Source: a candidate division NPL-UPA2 bacterium Unc8 (GTDB taxonomy: Bacteria; NPL-UPA2). Taken from it: DNA of 64,000 nucleotides. The DNA lies in assembly GCA_003574845.1 (NCBI GenBank), contig NDHY01000002.1:80317-144316 (forward strand), read 5' to 3'. The notes under the pieces were generated by a model. The model was not told the DNA's origin, searched no databases, and saw nothing but the letters and a program-made list of their open reading frames with translations. Shown here in pieces: positions 52,518-62,426 of the stretch (position 1 is its first letter; the number at the start of each line of letters is the position of its first letter). A program made the position numbers and the translations under genes.

Positions 52518-53273
52518 TCAATCTCTTTTTACTTTTTCGTAAATAATCCTCAACCCTTTGAGAGCGAGGAGTTGGTCCACCTCATCTATTGCCGGGCACT
52601 CTCTGGCAATGAGAAGCGCCCATCCCCCTGTTGCGATAACATATGCTTCAGAGGAGAACTCCACTTTCATTCTCTTTATAATTCCTGCAGCAAGTTCAGC
52701 GAAACCGTAAATAACACCAGACTGGATATTCGTTACTGTATCTCTGCCAATTACATTTTCAGGTGGTGACAACTCTACCTGCGGAAGAGATGCTGTTTTC
52801 TCATGCAGGGAGTCAAGTGACATCTTTATCCCGGGAGCGATGGCTCCACCCAGATATTCTCCTCTCATGGATACAGCAGAAAATGTCGTTGCCGTTCCAA
52901 AGTCAACAATAATGAGCGGGCGTCTATAGATATGATAAGCAGCAACAGCATTTACGAGACGGTCAACTCCCACTTCCTCCGGCAGAGAGTATTTTACCTT
53001 CAAGCCCAAGTTCAGATTTGCTGTAACCAGAATAGGAGAAATGCGAAGATAATACTTGCTTACTCTGGTAAATATTTCTGTCAGGGAAGGAACGACAGAG
53101 GATATAATAATGGCGCTGATTTTACGAGGGGCAATCCATGCTAAGAGAGAATCTCTACATTGCAGCGCCGTTTTTTCTTTATTCGCAGGGAAGAAACAAT
53201 GGTCACTCAGTTTCTCCTGTTCAAAAATTCCGAGATTTATAGTAGTATTTCCAATATCAATCGTTAGCAGCAT
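52518..53273 (-). CDS. coaX: Type III pantothenate kinase
   Basis: IDIGNT, SSVVP, GVDR, VDFGTATT, GGAIAPG, ATGG. Confidence 0.96.
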   Translation of the reverse strand: MLLTIDIGNTTINLGIFEQEKLSDHCFFPANKEKTALQCRDSLLAWIAPRKISAIIISSVVPSLTEIFTRVSKYYLRISPILVTANLNLGLKVKYSLPEEVGVDRLVNAVAAYHIYRRPLIIVDFGTATTFSAVSMRGEYLGGAIAPGIKMSLDSLHEKTASLPQVELSPPENVIGRDTVTNIQSGVIYGFAELAAGIIKRMKVEFSSEAYVIATGGWALLIARECPAIDEVDQLLALKGLRIIYEKVKRD

Positions 53274-53305
53274 TTTTATACTCGTTCATCACAATGTGCA
53301 ATTAC

Positions 53306-54196
53306 TTATGACGCTCCATATATCTTTAGATTCATATTTAGTATTGGAGCAGAATGAGTTAATGCCCCGACTGAAATCAGGTCTACTCCGGTGGCAGCAA
53401 TTCGTCTTACATTTCTCAGGGTAATTCCTCCCGAAGCCTCCAAAAGAACTTTTTTGCCAATATGGTTAACGAATTCAACGGCTCTTTTTATCTGTCCGAT
53501 GGTCATATTATCAAGCATTATTATATTCACTTCGGTTGCACAAGCTTCTTTAAGCTCTTTCAGGTTTCTTACCTCTACCTCTACCTTCATTCCCAGGGGA
53601 GCCTTCCTTAGCGCTAACTGCACAGTTTGCCCGATGTTACCCTCTCTTATATTGTGATGATTGTTCTTAATTAGAATACCGTCATCAAGTCCCATGCGAT
53701 GGTTGAGCCCTCCTCCTTTGCGAACAGCATATTTTTCCAGTATTCTCCAGCCGGGAGTGGTTTTGCGCGTATCGGTAATTTTTGCTTTATAGAGATTAAC
53801 TGCTGATACGAATTTTGATGTAAGTGTAGCTATTCCGGAGAGATGCTGGAGAAAATTGAGCGCTGTTCGCTCAGCCGTCAGGATGGGCATTGCCGGGCCT
53901 CTCATCTCAACGATAATCTGCCCATTTTTAACCTTATCTCCATCCTTGACCTTTGTTTTAAATTTAATGCTTTCTCCCCTATTGACTGTTCTGAAAACCA
54001 GTTGAGCTACTTCTAACCCGGCAATTATTCCTTTATCTTTGACAATGATTGCCCCTATCGCCTTATCTTGGGCTGAAATGATTGCTCTGGTAGTCAGGTC
54101 ACCACGACCAATGTCTTCCGTTAGAACATCTTTTATCAATTGCCTTGTTTTGCTGTTCAAGTAAGGCTTTGCGCTTTTTCTTTTACTATTCATCAT
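53306..54196 (-). CDS. nadC: Nicotinate-nucleotide pyrophosphorylase (QAPRTase)
   Basis: EDIGRGDLTT, ERTALN, DTRKTTPG, NHR.GL.D, LDNM, EASGG, GALTHS; start set at MMNSK. Confidence 0.96.
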   Translation of the reverse strand: MMNSKRKSAKPYLNSKTRQLIKDVLTEDIGRGDLTTRAIISAQDKAIGAIIVKDKGIIAGLEVAQLVFRTVNRGESIKFKTKVKDGDKVKNGQIIVEMRGPAMPILTAERTALNFLQHLSGIATLTSKFVSAVNLYKAKITDTRKTTPGWRILEKYAVRKGGGLNHRMGLDDGILIKNNHHNIREGNIGQTVQLALRKAPLGMKVEVEVRNLKELKEACATEVNIIMLDNMTIGQIKRAVEFVNHIGKKVLLEASGGITLRNVRRIAATGVDLISVGALTHSAPILNMNLKIYGAS

Positions 54197-54306
54197 TAGC
54201 TTAATCCTACAACATTGAAGAAAATCTGTCCAGCAGAGAAAGAAAGAAAGAAGCTTGACTTTTTTAAAAAAAAGTTTATTATTTGAAAGCACAGAAAAGA
54301 AAATAC

Positions 54307-54335
54307 TTGACAGGATTTTTATAAGTGGGTACAGT
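54307..54335 (+). promoter_or_regulatory. Putative sigma70 promoter for the first OMP gene
   Basis: TTGACA-N17-TACAGT. Confidence 0.55.
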
Positions 54336-54434
54336 AGTATCAACCGTAATTAACGGACCAAAAAAGTCCCGGAGATAAGGAGGTGATAAATTCTGAGGGA
54401 AAGTGGTCTTTTTAAGGAGAAAAGATTAATAAAA

Positions 54435-55163
54435 GTGGAGGAAATGATGAAAAAGATTTTAGTTGTAAGTGTAATGGTTCTCGGGTTGGTGACGCTTTCA
54501 CCTTCCGCGCATGCTATTATCCCTGGCATTCCCGGCCTTGAGGACATGGGCATTGAAGTAAGAGCGGGATTGGAACATGCATCGCGCGACTGGGAGAGAC
54601 CGGGTTTTAAAGGTGAAAGTACAACTCTTGGTCTCTTTGCTGAGCCAACTTTTGAGGTGATGGAAGGACTGGATGCCTATCTCAAGCTTGGAATGGCCAG
54701 CATTGAATTTAAGAGTGCCGGGGTAACCTTTGATGGAGGTATGGACCTTGGCTGGGGACTCGGTGTAAAATATACTATGCCTCTTGATGGCCTCGGTCTA
54801 CCCGGGATGGGCATAATAGAAGGAATGCCATTCGGCGAGGCATTAGAGGTGGGAGCCGGCTTTGAATACATAGCCCTCTCAAGTGATTATCGTGCAGTAA
54901 GAGGCTTTCCTGCCGGTAGCCTTAAGATAAGAGGGTGGAGACTGTCTCTTTTTGCCAGCGAGGATATGGGTATGTTTGTCCCTTATATAGGGTTAAGATA
55001 CTCTGATATGGAGCTTAAGCGGGCAGCGGTGAGGTACGATGCTGCCGATAATTTTGGTATCTTCCTCGGCGCTGACATTCCGATGGACTTCGCTAACATC
55101 AATGTTGAGATAGGCTTCCTTGATGAAACTTCTTTCAAGGTAGGAGCAAGCTTTGCCTTTTAG
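54435..55163 (+). CDS. Outer-membrane beta-barrel protein, paralog 1
   Basis: Signal peptide (..SAHA), alternating beta pattern, PYIGLRYSD, terminal Phe. Confidence 0.75.
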   Translation: MEEMMKKILVVSVMVLGLVTLSPSAHAIIPGIPGLEDMGIEVRAGLEHASRDWERPGFKGESTTLGLFAEPTFEVMEGLDAYLKLGMASIEFKSAGVTFDGGMDLGWGLGVKYTMPLDGLGLPGMGIIEGMPFGEALEVGAGFEYIALSSDYRAVRGFPAGSLKIRGWRLSLFASEDMGMFVPYIGLRYSDMELKRAAVRYDAADNFGIFLGADIPMDFANINVEIGFLDETSFKVGASFAF

Positions 55164-55186
55164 CTCCCCTGAGCAAGAGTTTCTAT

Positions 55187-55226
55187 AAAGAAAAGGCAGG
55201 AAATTCTTCCTGCCTTTTCTTTTTTC
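55187..55226 (+). terminator. Rho-independent (bidirectional) terminator
   Basis: aaagaaaaggcaggaa-attc-ttcctgccttttcttt followed by a T tract. Confidence 0.85.
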
Positions 55227-55236
55227 TTGTCTTCTT

Positions 55237-55311
55237 GCGCCCGTAGCTCAGTCTGGATAGAGCGGTGGCCTCCGGAGCCAGAGGTCGGAGGTTCAAATCC
55301 TCCCGGGCGTG
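55237..55311 (+). tRNA. tRNA-Arg(CCG), CCA not encoded
   Basis: GCGCCCGTAGCTCAG...CTCCGGA...GGTTCAAATCC...CGGGCGTG. Confidence 0.94.
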
Positions 55312-55335
55312 CTACATATTTTACTGGAGAAGTAA

Positions 55336-56019
55336 ATGAAAAAAACAATTGTTATCTGGCTGTTGCTGATGGTGCTTTCCCCTGCCGCGCATGCCATCAT
55401 TCCCGGGATTCCCGGCCTCCAGGACCCTATTAAGATGGAGTTGGAGATAAAGTTCACCGAAGATCGTGATTGGAAGAGGCCAGGCTCTGTAGAGGTAAGC
55501 ACAGTTAGCCAATATTTTATCAAGCCAATATTTGAGGTGACGGAGAGATTAGATGTATTCCTCAAGTTTGGAGTGGCTGATATTGATATACTCATTGCCA
55601 ATGGCGGCATTGACTCTTCCTATGGAATTGGCATGAGGTACAATATGCCTCTTGATGGCTTCCTGCCCGTCGGCGAGGCATTAGAGGCAAGAGTTAGCCT
55701 TGAGTATACCAGTCTGTCAAGTGATGTTTTCCCAATGAGAGGGCATGCTGGTGGCGACATTAAGATAGCGGGGTGGGAACTGTCTTTCTCTCTCGGTATG
55801 GATATGGGTATGTTTATTCCTTATGCAGGGATAAGATACTCTGATATGACACTCAGTTGGACAGAATTTGGTACTACACCAATAAAGTGGGATGTTGCTA
55901 ATCCCTTCGGGGTTATCCTCGGCGCCAACATCCCGAGAGGGGACCTTGCCGATATCAATATTGAATTAGGTCTTCTTGATGGGACCTCTCTCAAGATGGA
56001 GACAGGCTTTGTCTTTTAG
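55336..56019 (+). CDS. Outer-membrane beta-barrel protein, paralog 2
   Basis: Shares AHAIIPGIPGL, RDW.RPG, MPLDG, GEALE and DMGMF.PY.G.RYSDM with paralog 1; terminal Phe. Confidence 0.75.
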   Translation: MKKTIVIWLLLMVLSPAAHAIIPGIPGLQDPIKMELEIKFTEDRDWKRPGSVEVSTVSQYFIKPIFEVTERLDVFLKFGVADIDILIANGGIDSSYGIGMRYNMPLDGFLPVGEALEARVSLEYTSLSSDVFPMRGHAGGDIKIAGWELSFSLGMDMGMFIPYAGIRYSDMTLSWTEFGTTPIKWDVANPFGVILGANIPRGDLADINIELGLLDGTSLKMETGFVF

Positions 56020-56034
56020 TTAAGGGAGAAAAGG

Positions 56035-56808
56035 ATGAAGAATGCATTAGTGATAGGTATAATGGCTCTCGGGTTGGTGACCTTTTTCACTTCTGCACAT
56101 GCTTTTATCCCCGGGCATGAGGGTGTCGACATCAGGGCAGGAATGGAATTGGAATATGGAGTGCGAGAACTTAAGTCATTACCCCCTGCCGTCCTACGGG
56201 ATGCAAAGAGTGCTGTCGGGGCAGCTTCTATCAAATTAGCAATTGAGTCAAGAGAGGGACTTAATGTCTTTCTTAGGTACGGGATAGCTAAAGTTGACAT
56301 TGAATATGTAAAGTCCATTAAAAAGATTAAAGTCCAGGGGAAATGTGGCGAGACTCTTGGACTGGGTTTTAAGTGGTCTGCACCGATAACAGATGTAGGC
56401 ATCCCGATTGAGGGTATGAGGGTAGGAGTTGGCTACGAATATCTAATTGTTATGAGTAGCATTGACAGAATAATTAAAGGAGGCATATCACGGCCCGCCC
56501 ATCCTGATAGTAAGATAGAGATAAAAAAGCATGAGTTCTCTCTTTTTATCAGCGAAGATTTAGATTTTCTCACTCTATATGTCGGTGCAAGATACTCTGT
56601 CATCCTGGATATGGAGATTAAAATACCTAAAAGGCCTGTCATAGACTTCGTTGCCAAAGAAAGACCCGGTATAATCATTGGAGCTGACATCCCTTTAGGC
56701 GACCTTCTCGGTGATATCATCCCGCTGCCGCTGGACATCAACCTTAACTTTGAGGTGGAAGCCCCCCATGAAGCGTCCATCAGATTTGGGGGAAGCATCG
56801 CTTTCTAA
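56035..56808 (+). CDS. Outer-membrane beta-barrel protein, paralog 3 (more divergent)
   Basis: LGLVT..SAHAFIPG.E, Y.G.RYS, GADIP, terminal Phe. Confidence 0.72.
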   Translation: MKNALVIGIMALGLVTFFTSAHAFIPGHEGVDIRAGMELEYGVRELKSLPPAVLRDAKSAVGAASIKLAIESREGLNVFLRYGIAKVDIEYVKSIKKIKVQGKCGETLGLGFKWSAPITDVGIPIEGMRVGVGYEYLIVMSSIDRIIKGGISRPAHPDSKIEIKKHEFSLFISEDLDFLTLYVGARYSVILDMEIKIPKRPVIDFVAKERPGIIIGADIPLGDLLGDIIPLPLDINLNFEVEAPHEASIRFGGSIAF

Positions 56809-57884
56809 ATTACCATCTCCTCTATCTCTTGCGGCGAGCGGGTGAGCAGCTCAGCACCATCTTTTTTGATGAGTAGGAGATTTTCAATGCGGACGCCGCC
56901 CCATCCCGGCAGGTAAATACCAGGTTCAATAGTGCAAATCATATCTTTGACAAGGAAGCCATCGCTTAAAGGACCAAGAGTGGGCTCCTCATGAACTGTA
57001 AGCCCTACTCCATGTCCAAGATTGTGCTGAAAGAATTTCCCAAAACTCTCACTCTCAACCGCTGCTCTGGCGATGCCGTCTATTTTTCTTGTAGTAATAC
57101 CTGCCTTAAGTTTTTTTAGCACCTTATTTTGGGAAGAGAGAACTATCTCATAAATTTTCTTTTGTCTTGCCGTTGGTTTTCCCAGAAAAACAGTGCGAGT
57201 CATATCGCTTGAGTAGCCGGCTACTACTGCTCCAAAGTCAAGGATAATCATTTCTCCTTTCTTAATTCTTTTGTCTGAGCTGCGGTGGTGAGGTTCCGCC
57301 GCATTCATCCCTGATGCCACAATTGGCATAAAAGAAACGGACTCTGCTCCATTCAGCCTCATCCAGCTTTCTAACTCCCAGGCAATTTCTTTCTCGCTGT
57401 GAGACTCCTTGATATATCCGACAATGTGACTGAATGCCCGGTCTGTGATATTCTGTGCCTGCTTGATAAGCTCTATCTCTTCAATATCCTTAATGCTGCG
57501 CAAACTTTCCGTCAGGTCAGTGGTAGGAATCAGAGTAATCCCTGTCAGATTTTGCTCTAACTTCTGATATCCTTGAATGGTGACTTCATTACTTTCAAAT
57601 CCCAAATTTTTGATTGCCTCTTCCTTGCTGACCTTTGTGAGAGCACTGATGAAGTCTGAAGTTAAGCAGAGGACAGCAAGCCCCGCTGCCTCCTTTTCTG
57701 CCTGGAGGTAGTAACGGGAATCAATGAATAGGAATACTTTTTTTGAGGTGATTAGCAGCTTGCCGTCTGAGCCGGTAAAGCCACTGAGGTAACGTCCATT
57801 TTCCCGATTGATGATAAGGATGGCATTTAAGGAATCTCTGGCAAGGTGAGCGCGGATTTTCTCTATCCTTTTTTGATGATGCAT
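56805..57884 (-). CDS. Xaa-Pro aminopeptidase (M24 family)
   Basis: YLSGFTG, DSRY, PHH, DFG...YSSDMTRT, H.LGHGVGL.VHE, TIEPGIY, GVRIE. Confidence 0.95.
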   Translation of the reverse strand: MHHQKRIEKIRAHLARDSLNAILIINRENGRYLSGFTGSDGKLLITSKKVFLFIDSRYYLQAEKEAAGLAVLCLTSDFISALTKVSKEEAIKNLGFESNEVTIQGYQKLEQNLTGITLIPTTDLTESLRSIKDIEEIELIKQAQNITDRAFSHIVGYIKESHSEKEIAWELESWMRLNGAESVSFMPIVASGMNAAEPHHRSSDKRIKKGEMIILDFGAVVAGYSSDMTRTVFLGKPTARQKKIYEIVLSSQNKVLKKLKAGITTRKIDGIARAAVESESFGKFFQHNLGHGVGLTVHEEPTLGPLSDGFLVKDMICTIEPGIYLPGWGGVRIENLLLIKKDGAELLTRSPQEIEEMVI

Positions 57885-57911
57885 ATTGTTGGGCGGGAAA
57901 GAAGAAAAATA

Positions 57912-58892
57912 CTATGTGCCTTTCTTAATTATTCTGATTAAGCCTGAACAAGGAATAATCTCAATGTGGGACTGTCCGCTCTTTCCTTTCTTCTCTATCT
58001 CATTTAGAAGCAAATTTACTCCTACCGAGTCAGATGCCATATGACCGGCAATGACGACATTGATATGATATTTTTCAGCTTCCTTTTTATGCGCTTCTTG
58101 TATGTGCATACCGATGATTGTCCCTATCCCGGCCTGAGAAAGTCTCTCATACATCTCCTGGGAGCCCGATGTCCCTCCAGTTATCTCCAGAGGGGCAGTC
58201 TTTCCGGCCCTCCTATCTTTGTCTCCCACAAAAATGCGGGGGCCGGCATTATGGCGAGCTGCTTCACTATACTCAGGGACACGCTTTAAAATCTCCACCA
58301 CTTCTCCCACCGTTTCAGGTTTTTTTCTCTTAATAAGCCGATCAATAAATTGATAGACGAGGTTGTCCGTTGGGGTATGAATGCAGAGCATAGAATACCC
58401 TAAGAGTTTAGCTGCATCTATTGCCCTGTTATGATTGATTGGGGCAACTGTCCGGGAAATTTCGGCAATTCTCTTAGCAAGGATTCCCTCAGCTACATTT
58501 ATGGGAATGCCATATCTATGCATCAATTCTTCCTGCAGATGCACTGCCTGGTCCAGCACTGCTAAAGCCTTCCCCTCCGGATGGTGAGAGATGATGAGGT
58601 CAACTTCTTTCCCTTTTTGCGTGATGCGGTCAGCAAGTAGAATCTCTCCCACCCCTATGTCAATTCCCACAAGAATCCGCTTGACCTCTTTATCCAGATC
58701 GCCGGTAAGAAATCGGGTGTCAGGATAAGGATTGCTCAGTTTTTCTCTGTCAAATTCTTTTTTTTCTTCTTTACTGAGCTTTTCATACCGCTTTTTCTCT
58801 CTCTCCAATTGTTTCTGCACTCCCTCCTTGCCGCGCGGGTCAGCAGTAACCCCCATCCTGATAGCCAATTCATAAATCTCTCTTACTGTCAT
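57912..58892 (-). CDS. NIF3-like (NGG1p-interacting factor) metal-binding protein
   Basis: DPRG, NPYPD, GID, SHHPEG, HTPTDN, GMH, AGHMASDSVG. Confidence 0.8.
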   Translation of the reverse strand: MTVREIYELAIRMGVTADPRGKEGVQKQLEREKKRYEKLSKEEKKEFDREKLSNPYPDTRFLTGDLDKEVKRILVGIDIGVGEILLADRITQKGKEVDLIISHHPEGKALAVLDQAVHLQEELMHRYGIPINVAEGILAKRIAEISRTVAPINHNRAIDAAKLLGYSMLCIHTPTDNLVYQFIDRLIKRKKPETVGEVVEILKRVPEYSEAARHNAGPRIFVGDKDRRAGKTAPLEITGGTSGSQEMYERLSQAGIGTIIGMHIQEAHKKEAEKYHINVVIAGHMASDSVGVNLLLNEIEKKGKSGQSHIEIIPCSGLIRIIKKGT

Positions 58893-58962
58893 TTGTTTTT
58901 CCTCAATATCTGCAACAGTCTTCAGTCAACAGTTCACAGTTCACGGTTCTGACTTCTAACTT

Positions 58963-59053
58963 CCAATCACTAATCACCAATTTAAGAACTAATTCAAAAG
59001 TTAAAAGTTAAAAGGCAAAAGTGCAAGTTAAAAGTTAAGACTTGACCCCTTTC
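58963..59053. repeat. 91-bp heptamer-mosaic repeat, copy 2
   Basis: Direct copy of 46150-46233 with one extra TTAAAAG; followed by CCTCCATT tandem units. Confidence 0.92.
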
Positions 59054-59073
59054 CTCCATTCCTCCATTCCTCC

Positions 59074-59670
59074 ATGAAGTTTCTGTCTTTGACCATTGGC
59101 ACAAAGTCAGAAAGCCCCGGTATGTATGCGGTGCCGGCAAATCCCGGCCCCCATCATAGCGCCAACAAGCGGAATTATCCCCGACATAAGGGACTCTTCC
59201 TTAAAGAGCCAGCCTGAATTGGCAAAAAATGCAATTTGCTCCCCGGTGCCCCCAAATCCGCCTTTCTCAGATGGCCGAATTCTTGCCCCGCCAGAATCCA
59301 TTATCCAGACCATCGGAATTTTAGATTTTAGTGTAATCTCTCTTATCCTTGTTGCCTTCTCCTCGCCGATTCTGCCCATGGAGTTACCTTTAACAGTATA
59401 GTCATAGGCGATTATTCCAACATACCTTCCATCTACCTTCCCATATCCGGTAACTATTCCATCTGCGTCCGGCTTATTCTTATCTTCATCGGTTGCCAGG
59501 ATGCCTGTTTCAAGGAAGGTGTCTTTATCAAAAAGCATGTCCAGCCTTTCCCTGACTGTTAATTTACCTCTCTGGCGCTGTCTTTGTATCTTGCTCTCAC
59601 CGCCCCCTTTTTTTGCTATATCGCGCAGTTCCTGAAGTCGCTTAATATCCTGATGCTTTTGTTCACTCAT
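59074..59670 (-). pseudogene. Acyl-CoA carboxylase carboxyltransferase subunit, frameshifted and truncated
   Basis: GKLTVRERL, DGIVTGYG, DSGGARI; +1 shift in a G run near 59150 (alternate frame PGFAGTAYIPGLSDFVPMVK); ends at the repeat. Confidence 0.85.
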
Positions 59671-61022
59671 CTTATCTCCTCCTCTATTTGGTTCAGTTTT
59701 TCTATAAAATGGGTGTCATACCCGCCGTTTGAAAACAGCTTTGAAGAGTAAGCTTTGGTTAAAAAAGGGATATTCGTTTTAATGCCGGTGATGGAATAAT
59801 TTTCAAGAGCAAACAGCATTCTCTCTATTGCTATCGTTCTGTCTTCGCCAAAAGTTACCAATTTTGCAATTAAAGGGTCATAAAAAGAAGATATGACATC
59901 TCCCCCACGAGTGCCGCTGTCAACTCTTATCCCTTCACCTTGCGGTTCACTATACTCGGCTATTGTGCCGGGGGAGGGATAAAATTTTTCTGGGTCTTCA
60001 GCATAAATTCTTGACTCAATTGCCCAACCAGAAACCTTTAAGTTCTCCTCCAAAAGCGGAATAGGCTTACCAGATGCTATCTCAAGCTGAAACTCAACCA
60101 GGTCAACTCCGCTTATCTCCTCAGTTATAGGATGCTCAACCTGAAGCCGCGTGTTTGCCTCTAAGAAATAAAAATTTCTGTACTTATCCACCATAAATTC
60201 AATTGTCGCTGCATTTAAATAGTCAATTCCATTAACCAGTTTTTTCGCTGCTTCTCTTAAATTATGCCTTAGCTCCTCCGGGACAAAAGTAGATGGGGAT
60301 TCTTCTATTATCTTTTGATGCCTTCTTTGAACAGAGCATTCCCGCTCATAAAATGTAAGAACATTTCCAAATTTATCTCTCAACACCTGAATCTCAATGT
60401 GATGTGGCTCCTCTAAATATTTCTCAATGTAGACCCTGCCATCGCCAAAGGCGGCTCTGGCGCGATTTGATGTTTGCTCATAAGCTTGCCGCAATTCACC
60501 TTCAGTTTCAACCTTCTTCATCCCAATTCCGCCACCGCCAGCCGATGCTTTTAAAATCACCGGGAACGATAATTCTTTGCACACCTCTTCTGCCTCTTTC
60601 AGATTCTTCAGGATTCCGCTTCCGGAAATTATCGGGACGCCCAATTTCTTTGCGGTTTCCCGTGCCCTCTGCTTATCTCCCATAACTGCAACAGAGCTTG
60701 CTTTTGGCCCAATAAAGATTATGTTTTCATTTTCACATGCTCTGATAAAATCAGAATTTTCAGATAAGAAGCCATATCCTGGATGAATAGCCTCGCATTT
60801 TTTATCAACTGCAACTTTAATGATTTTTTCTATGTTTAAGTAGCTCTCAAGTGGCGTTTTGCCGCCCAAACTTACTTTTTCATCTGCATCATTTGCAAAC
60901 AATGTATTTTCATCAATATCAGAGTAGACAGCAATCGTTTTTATTTTTAATCTCTTTATAGTTCTTATTACCCTTCTTGCTATTTCTCCACGGTTTGCAA
61001 CAAGAACAGAGCTTATCATCAT
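59667..61022 (-). CDS. accC: Biotin carboxylase
   Basis: ANRGEIA, HPGYGFLSEN, GGGGIGM, RECSVQRRHQK, E.NTRLQVEH, RIYAED. Confidence 0.93.
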   Translation of the reverse strand: MMISSVLVANRGEIARRVIRTIKRLKIKTIAVYSDIDENTLFANDADEKVSLGGKTPLESYLNIEKIIKVAVDKKCEAIHPGYGFLSENSDFIRACENENIIFIGPKASSVAVMGDKQRARETAKKLGVPIISGSGILKNLKEAEEVCKELSFPVILKASAGGGGIGMKKVETEGELRQAYEQTSNRARAAFGDGRVYIEKYLEEPHHIEIQVLRDKFGNVLTFYERECSVQRRHQKIIEESPSTFVPEELRHNLREAAKKLVNGIDYLNAATIEFMVDKYRNFYFLEANTRLQVEHPITEEISGVDLVEFQLEIASGKPIPLLEENLKVSGWAIESRIYAEDPEKFYPSPGTIAEYSEPQGEGIRVDSGTRGGDVISSFYDPLIAKLVTFGEDRTIAIERMLFALENYSITGIKTNIPFLTKAYSSKLFSNGGYDTHFIEKLNQIEEEIR

Positions 61023-61053
61023 ATTTTGTCCACTCCACTTTTTTTAATTTGCT

Positions 61054-61499
61054 TTAAAACTCAACCTGGTATCTTACCAATGTGTAGGGAGAAAGATGCT
61101 TATCTACCAATTTCCTTATTTCATCTTTATTGACCTCAGTGGGAGAAGTAATAGTTATAGTAGCCAAAGTGCCTAACTTTTTATCATCCTTGACCTCAAT
61201 CCGGCAATCGCCGACTTTATCCTTGACGGCCTCTAACTCATCTTTAAATACTTCTGCAATGATATGATTACGCAGGAGATTTTTCTTAATTTTTTCAACC
61301 GAATGTATTCAAGAGCGATCCGCTCGGGGAAAAGATCGACGCTCTGACAGATAAGGTCATAAGTTGTTGATATGGGGCGGCCATCCAGGCTGAGATCCTT
61401 AAGTACACCACACATAAGGTCTCCATCACCCTTTTTTAGGATGGCAGTAGTAATCTCCTGAACACTTTCTCTGTCCTTAATAACGACATCAAGCGCCAT
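61054..61499 (-). pseudogene. Acyl-CoA synthetase remnant with a large internal deletion
   Basis: N-terminal STTYDLI...FPERIALEY joined out of frame to VEKIKKNLLR (A10-like motif)...AEVFKDELEAVK...YQVEF*. Confidence 0.6.
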
Positions 61500-61547
61500 A
61501 ATACTCCTCCTTCAGATATCTCGATTTACCACAAGAAAAAAGCGTTG

Positions 61548-62012
61548 TCAAAGAAGTGTTTTAACTGTATCCCGCTCAGCAGGAATCATTCTGTCAACTA
61601 TCAGAATACCATTTAAGTGATCTACTTCGTGCTGGATTACCCGTGCAGGAATCCCCGTAACTTCTAACTTTATTTCCTCTCCATTTTCACCAAGCCCTTT
61701 AGCCATGATATCCTTCGCTCTCTTGATACTTGCTTTTATTCCAGGGAAACTCAGGCAGCCCTCCTCAGCAATTTCCTCGCCACCTCTCATTACTATCTCA
61801 GGGTTAATAATAACCAATGGCATATCAAAGGCATCAGTGACAATCACTCTTTGTTCCACTCCAATCTGGGTTGCGGCAAGCCCAATCCCATCGTTCTGAT
61901 GCATCACCTCAAACATATCTTTAATCAGTTTCTTTAGCTCATCAGTAATCTCAGTTACCATTTGCGCTTTTCTTCTTAATACAGGGTCGCCATAGGTTCT
62001 TATTTTCATCAA
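61548..62012 (-). CDS. def: Peptide deformylase
   Basis: [24 protein letters not shown]. Confidence 0.97.
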   Translation of the reverse strand: MMKIRTYGDPVLRRKAQMVTEITDELKKLIKDMFEVMHQNDGIGLAATQIGVEQRVIVTDAFDMPLVIINPEIVMRGGEEIAEEGCLSFPGIKASIKRAKDIMAKGLGENGEEIKLEVTGIPARVIQHEVDHLNGILIVDRMIPAERDTVKTLL

Positions 62013-62365
62013 AAGCCTTTTTTTATTTGATTCTTTTCATCAACAAAAATTCTTTTCATCTTGTGATTCCTTGCTTCCTCATCATCCATTGCAGAGTAAG
62101 AGATAATGTGAATGCGGTCACCAACCTGTCCCCAGCGAGCGGCAGGCCCATTTAAGCAAATTTCCCCACTTCCTTTTTTTCCTTCCATGCAGTATGTCTC
62201 TACCCTGCTACCATTGTTAAGATTTACAATCTGCACTCTTTCCATCGGGAGGATGTCAGCCGCCTTTAGAAGTTCCCCATCAATAGTAATACTTCCCTCA
62301 TACCTGAGATTTGCTGCAGTGACAACTGCCCCATGAATCTTGGACTTACATATTACTCTCTGCAT
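62009..62365 (-). CDS. panD: Aspartate 1-decarboxylase
   Basis: KSKIH...[22 protein letters not shown]. Confidence 0.97.
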   Translation of the reverse strand: MQRVICKSKIHGAVVTAANLRYEGSITIDGELLKAADILPMERVQIVNLNNGSRVETYCMEGKKGSGEICLNGPAARWGQVGDRIHIISYSAMDDEEARNHKMKRIFVDEKNQIKKGF

Positions 62366-62426
62366 TATTAAACTCTCCGTCTTCAGTCTAACAGCCTACA
62401 GCCTTCAGCCTTTGTGCCTTTGTTAT

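Noticed and set aside
54197-54343. N-terminal extension of NadC in the ORF track
   Set aside because: Low-complexity divergent promoter region; recognisable NadC sequence starts downstream
46150-59053. Composite transposon bounded by the 84/91-bp repeats
   Set aside because: No transposase, the repeats are direct, and the interval holds core genes (coaX, nadC, tRNA-Arg)
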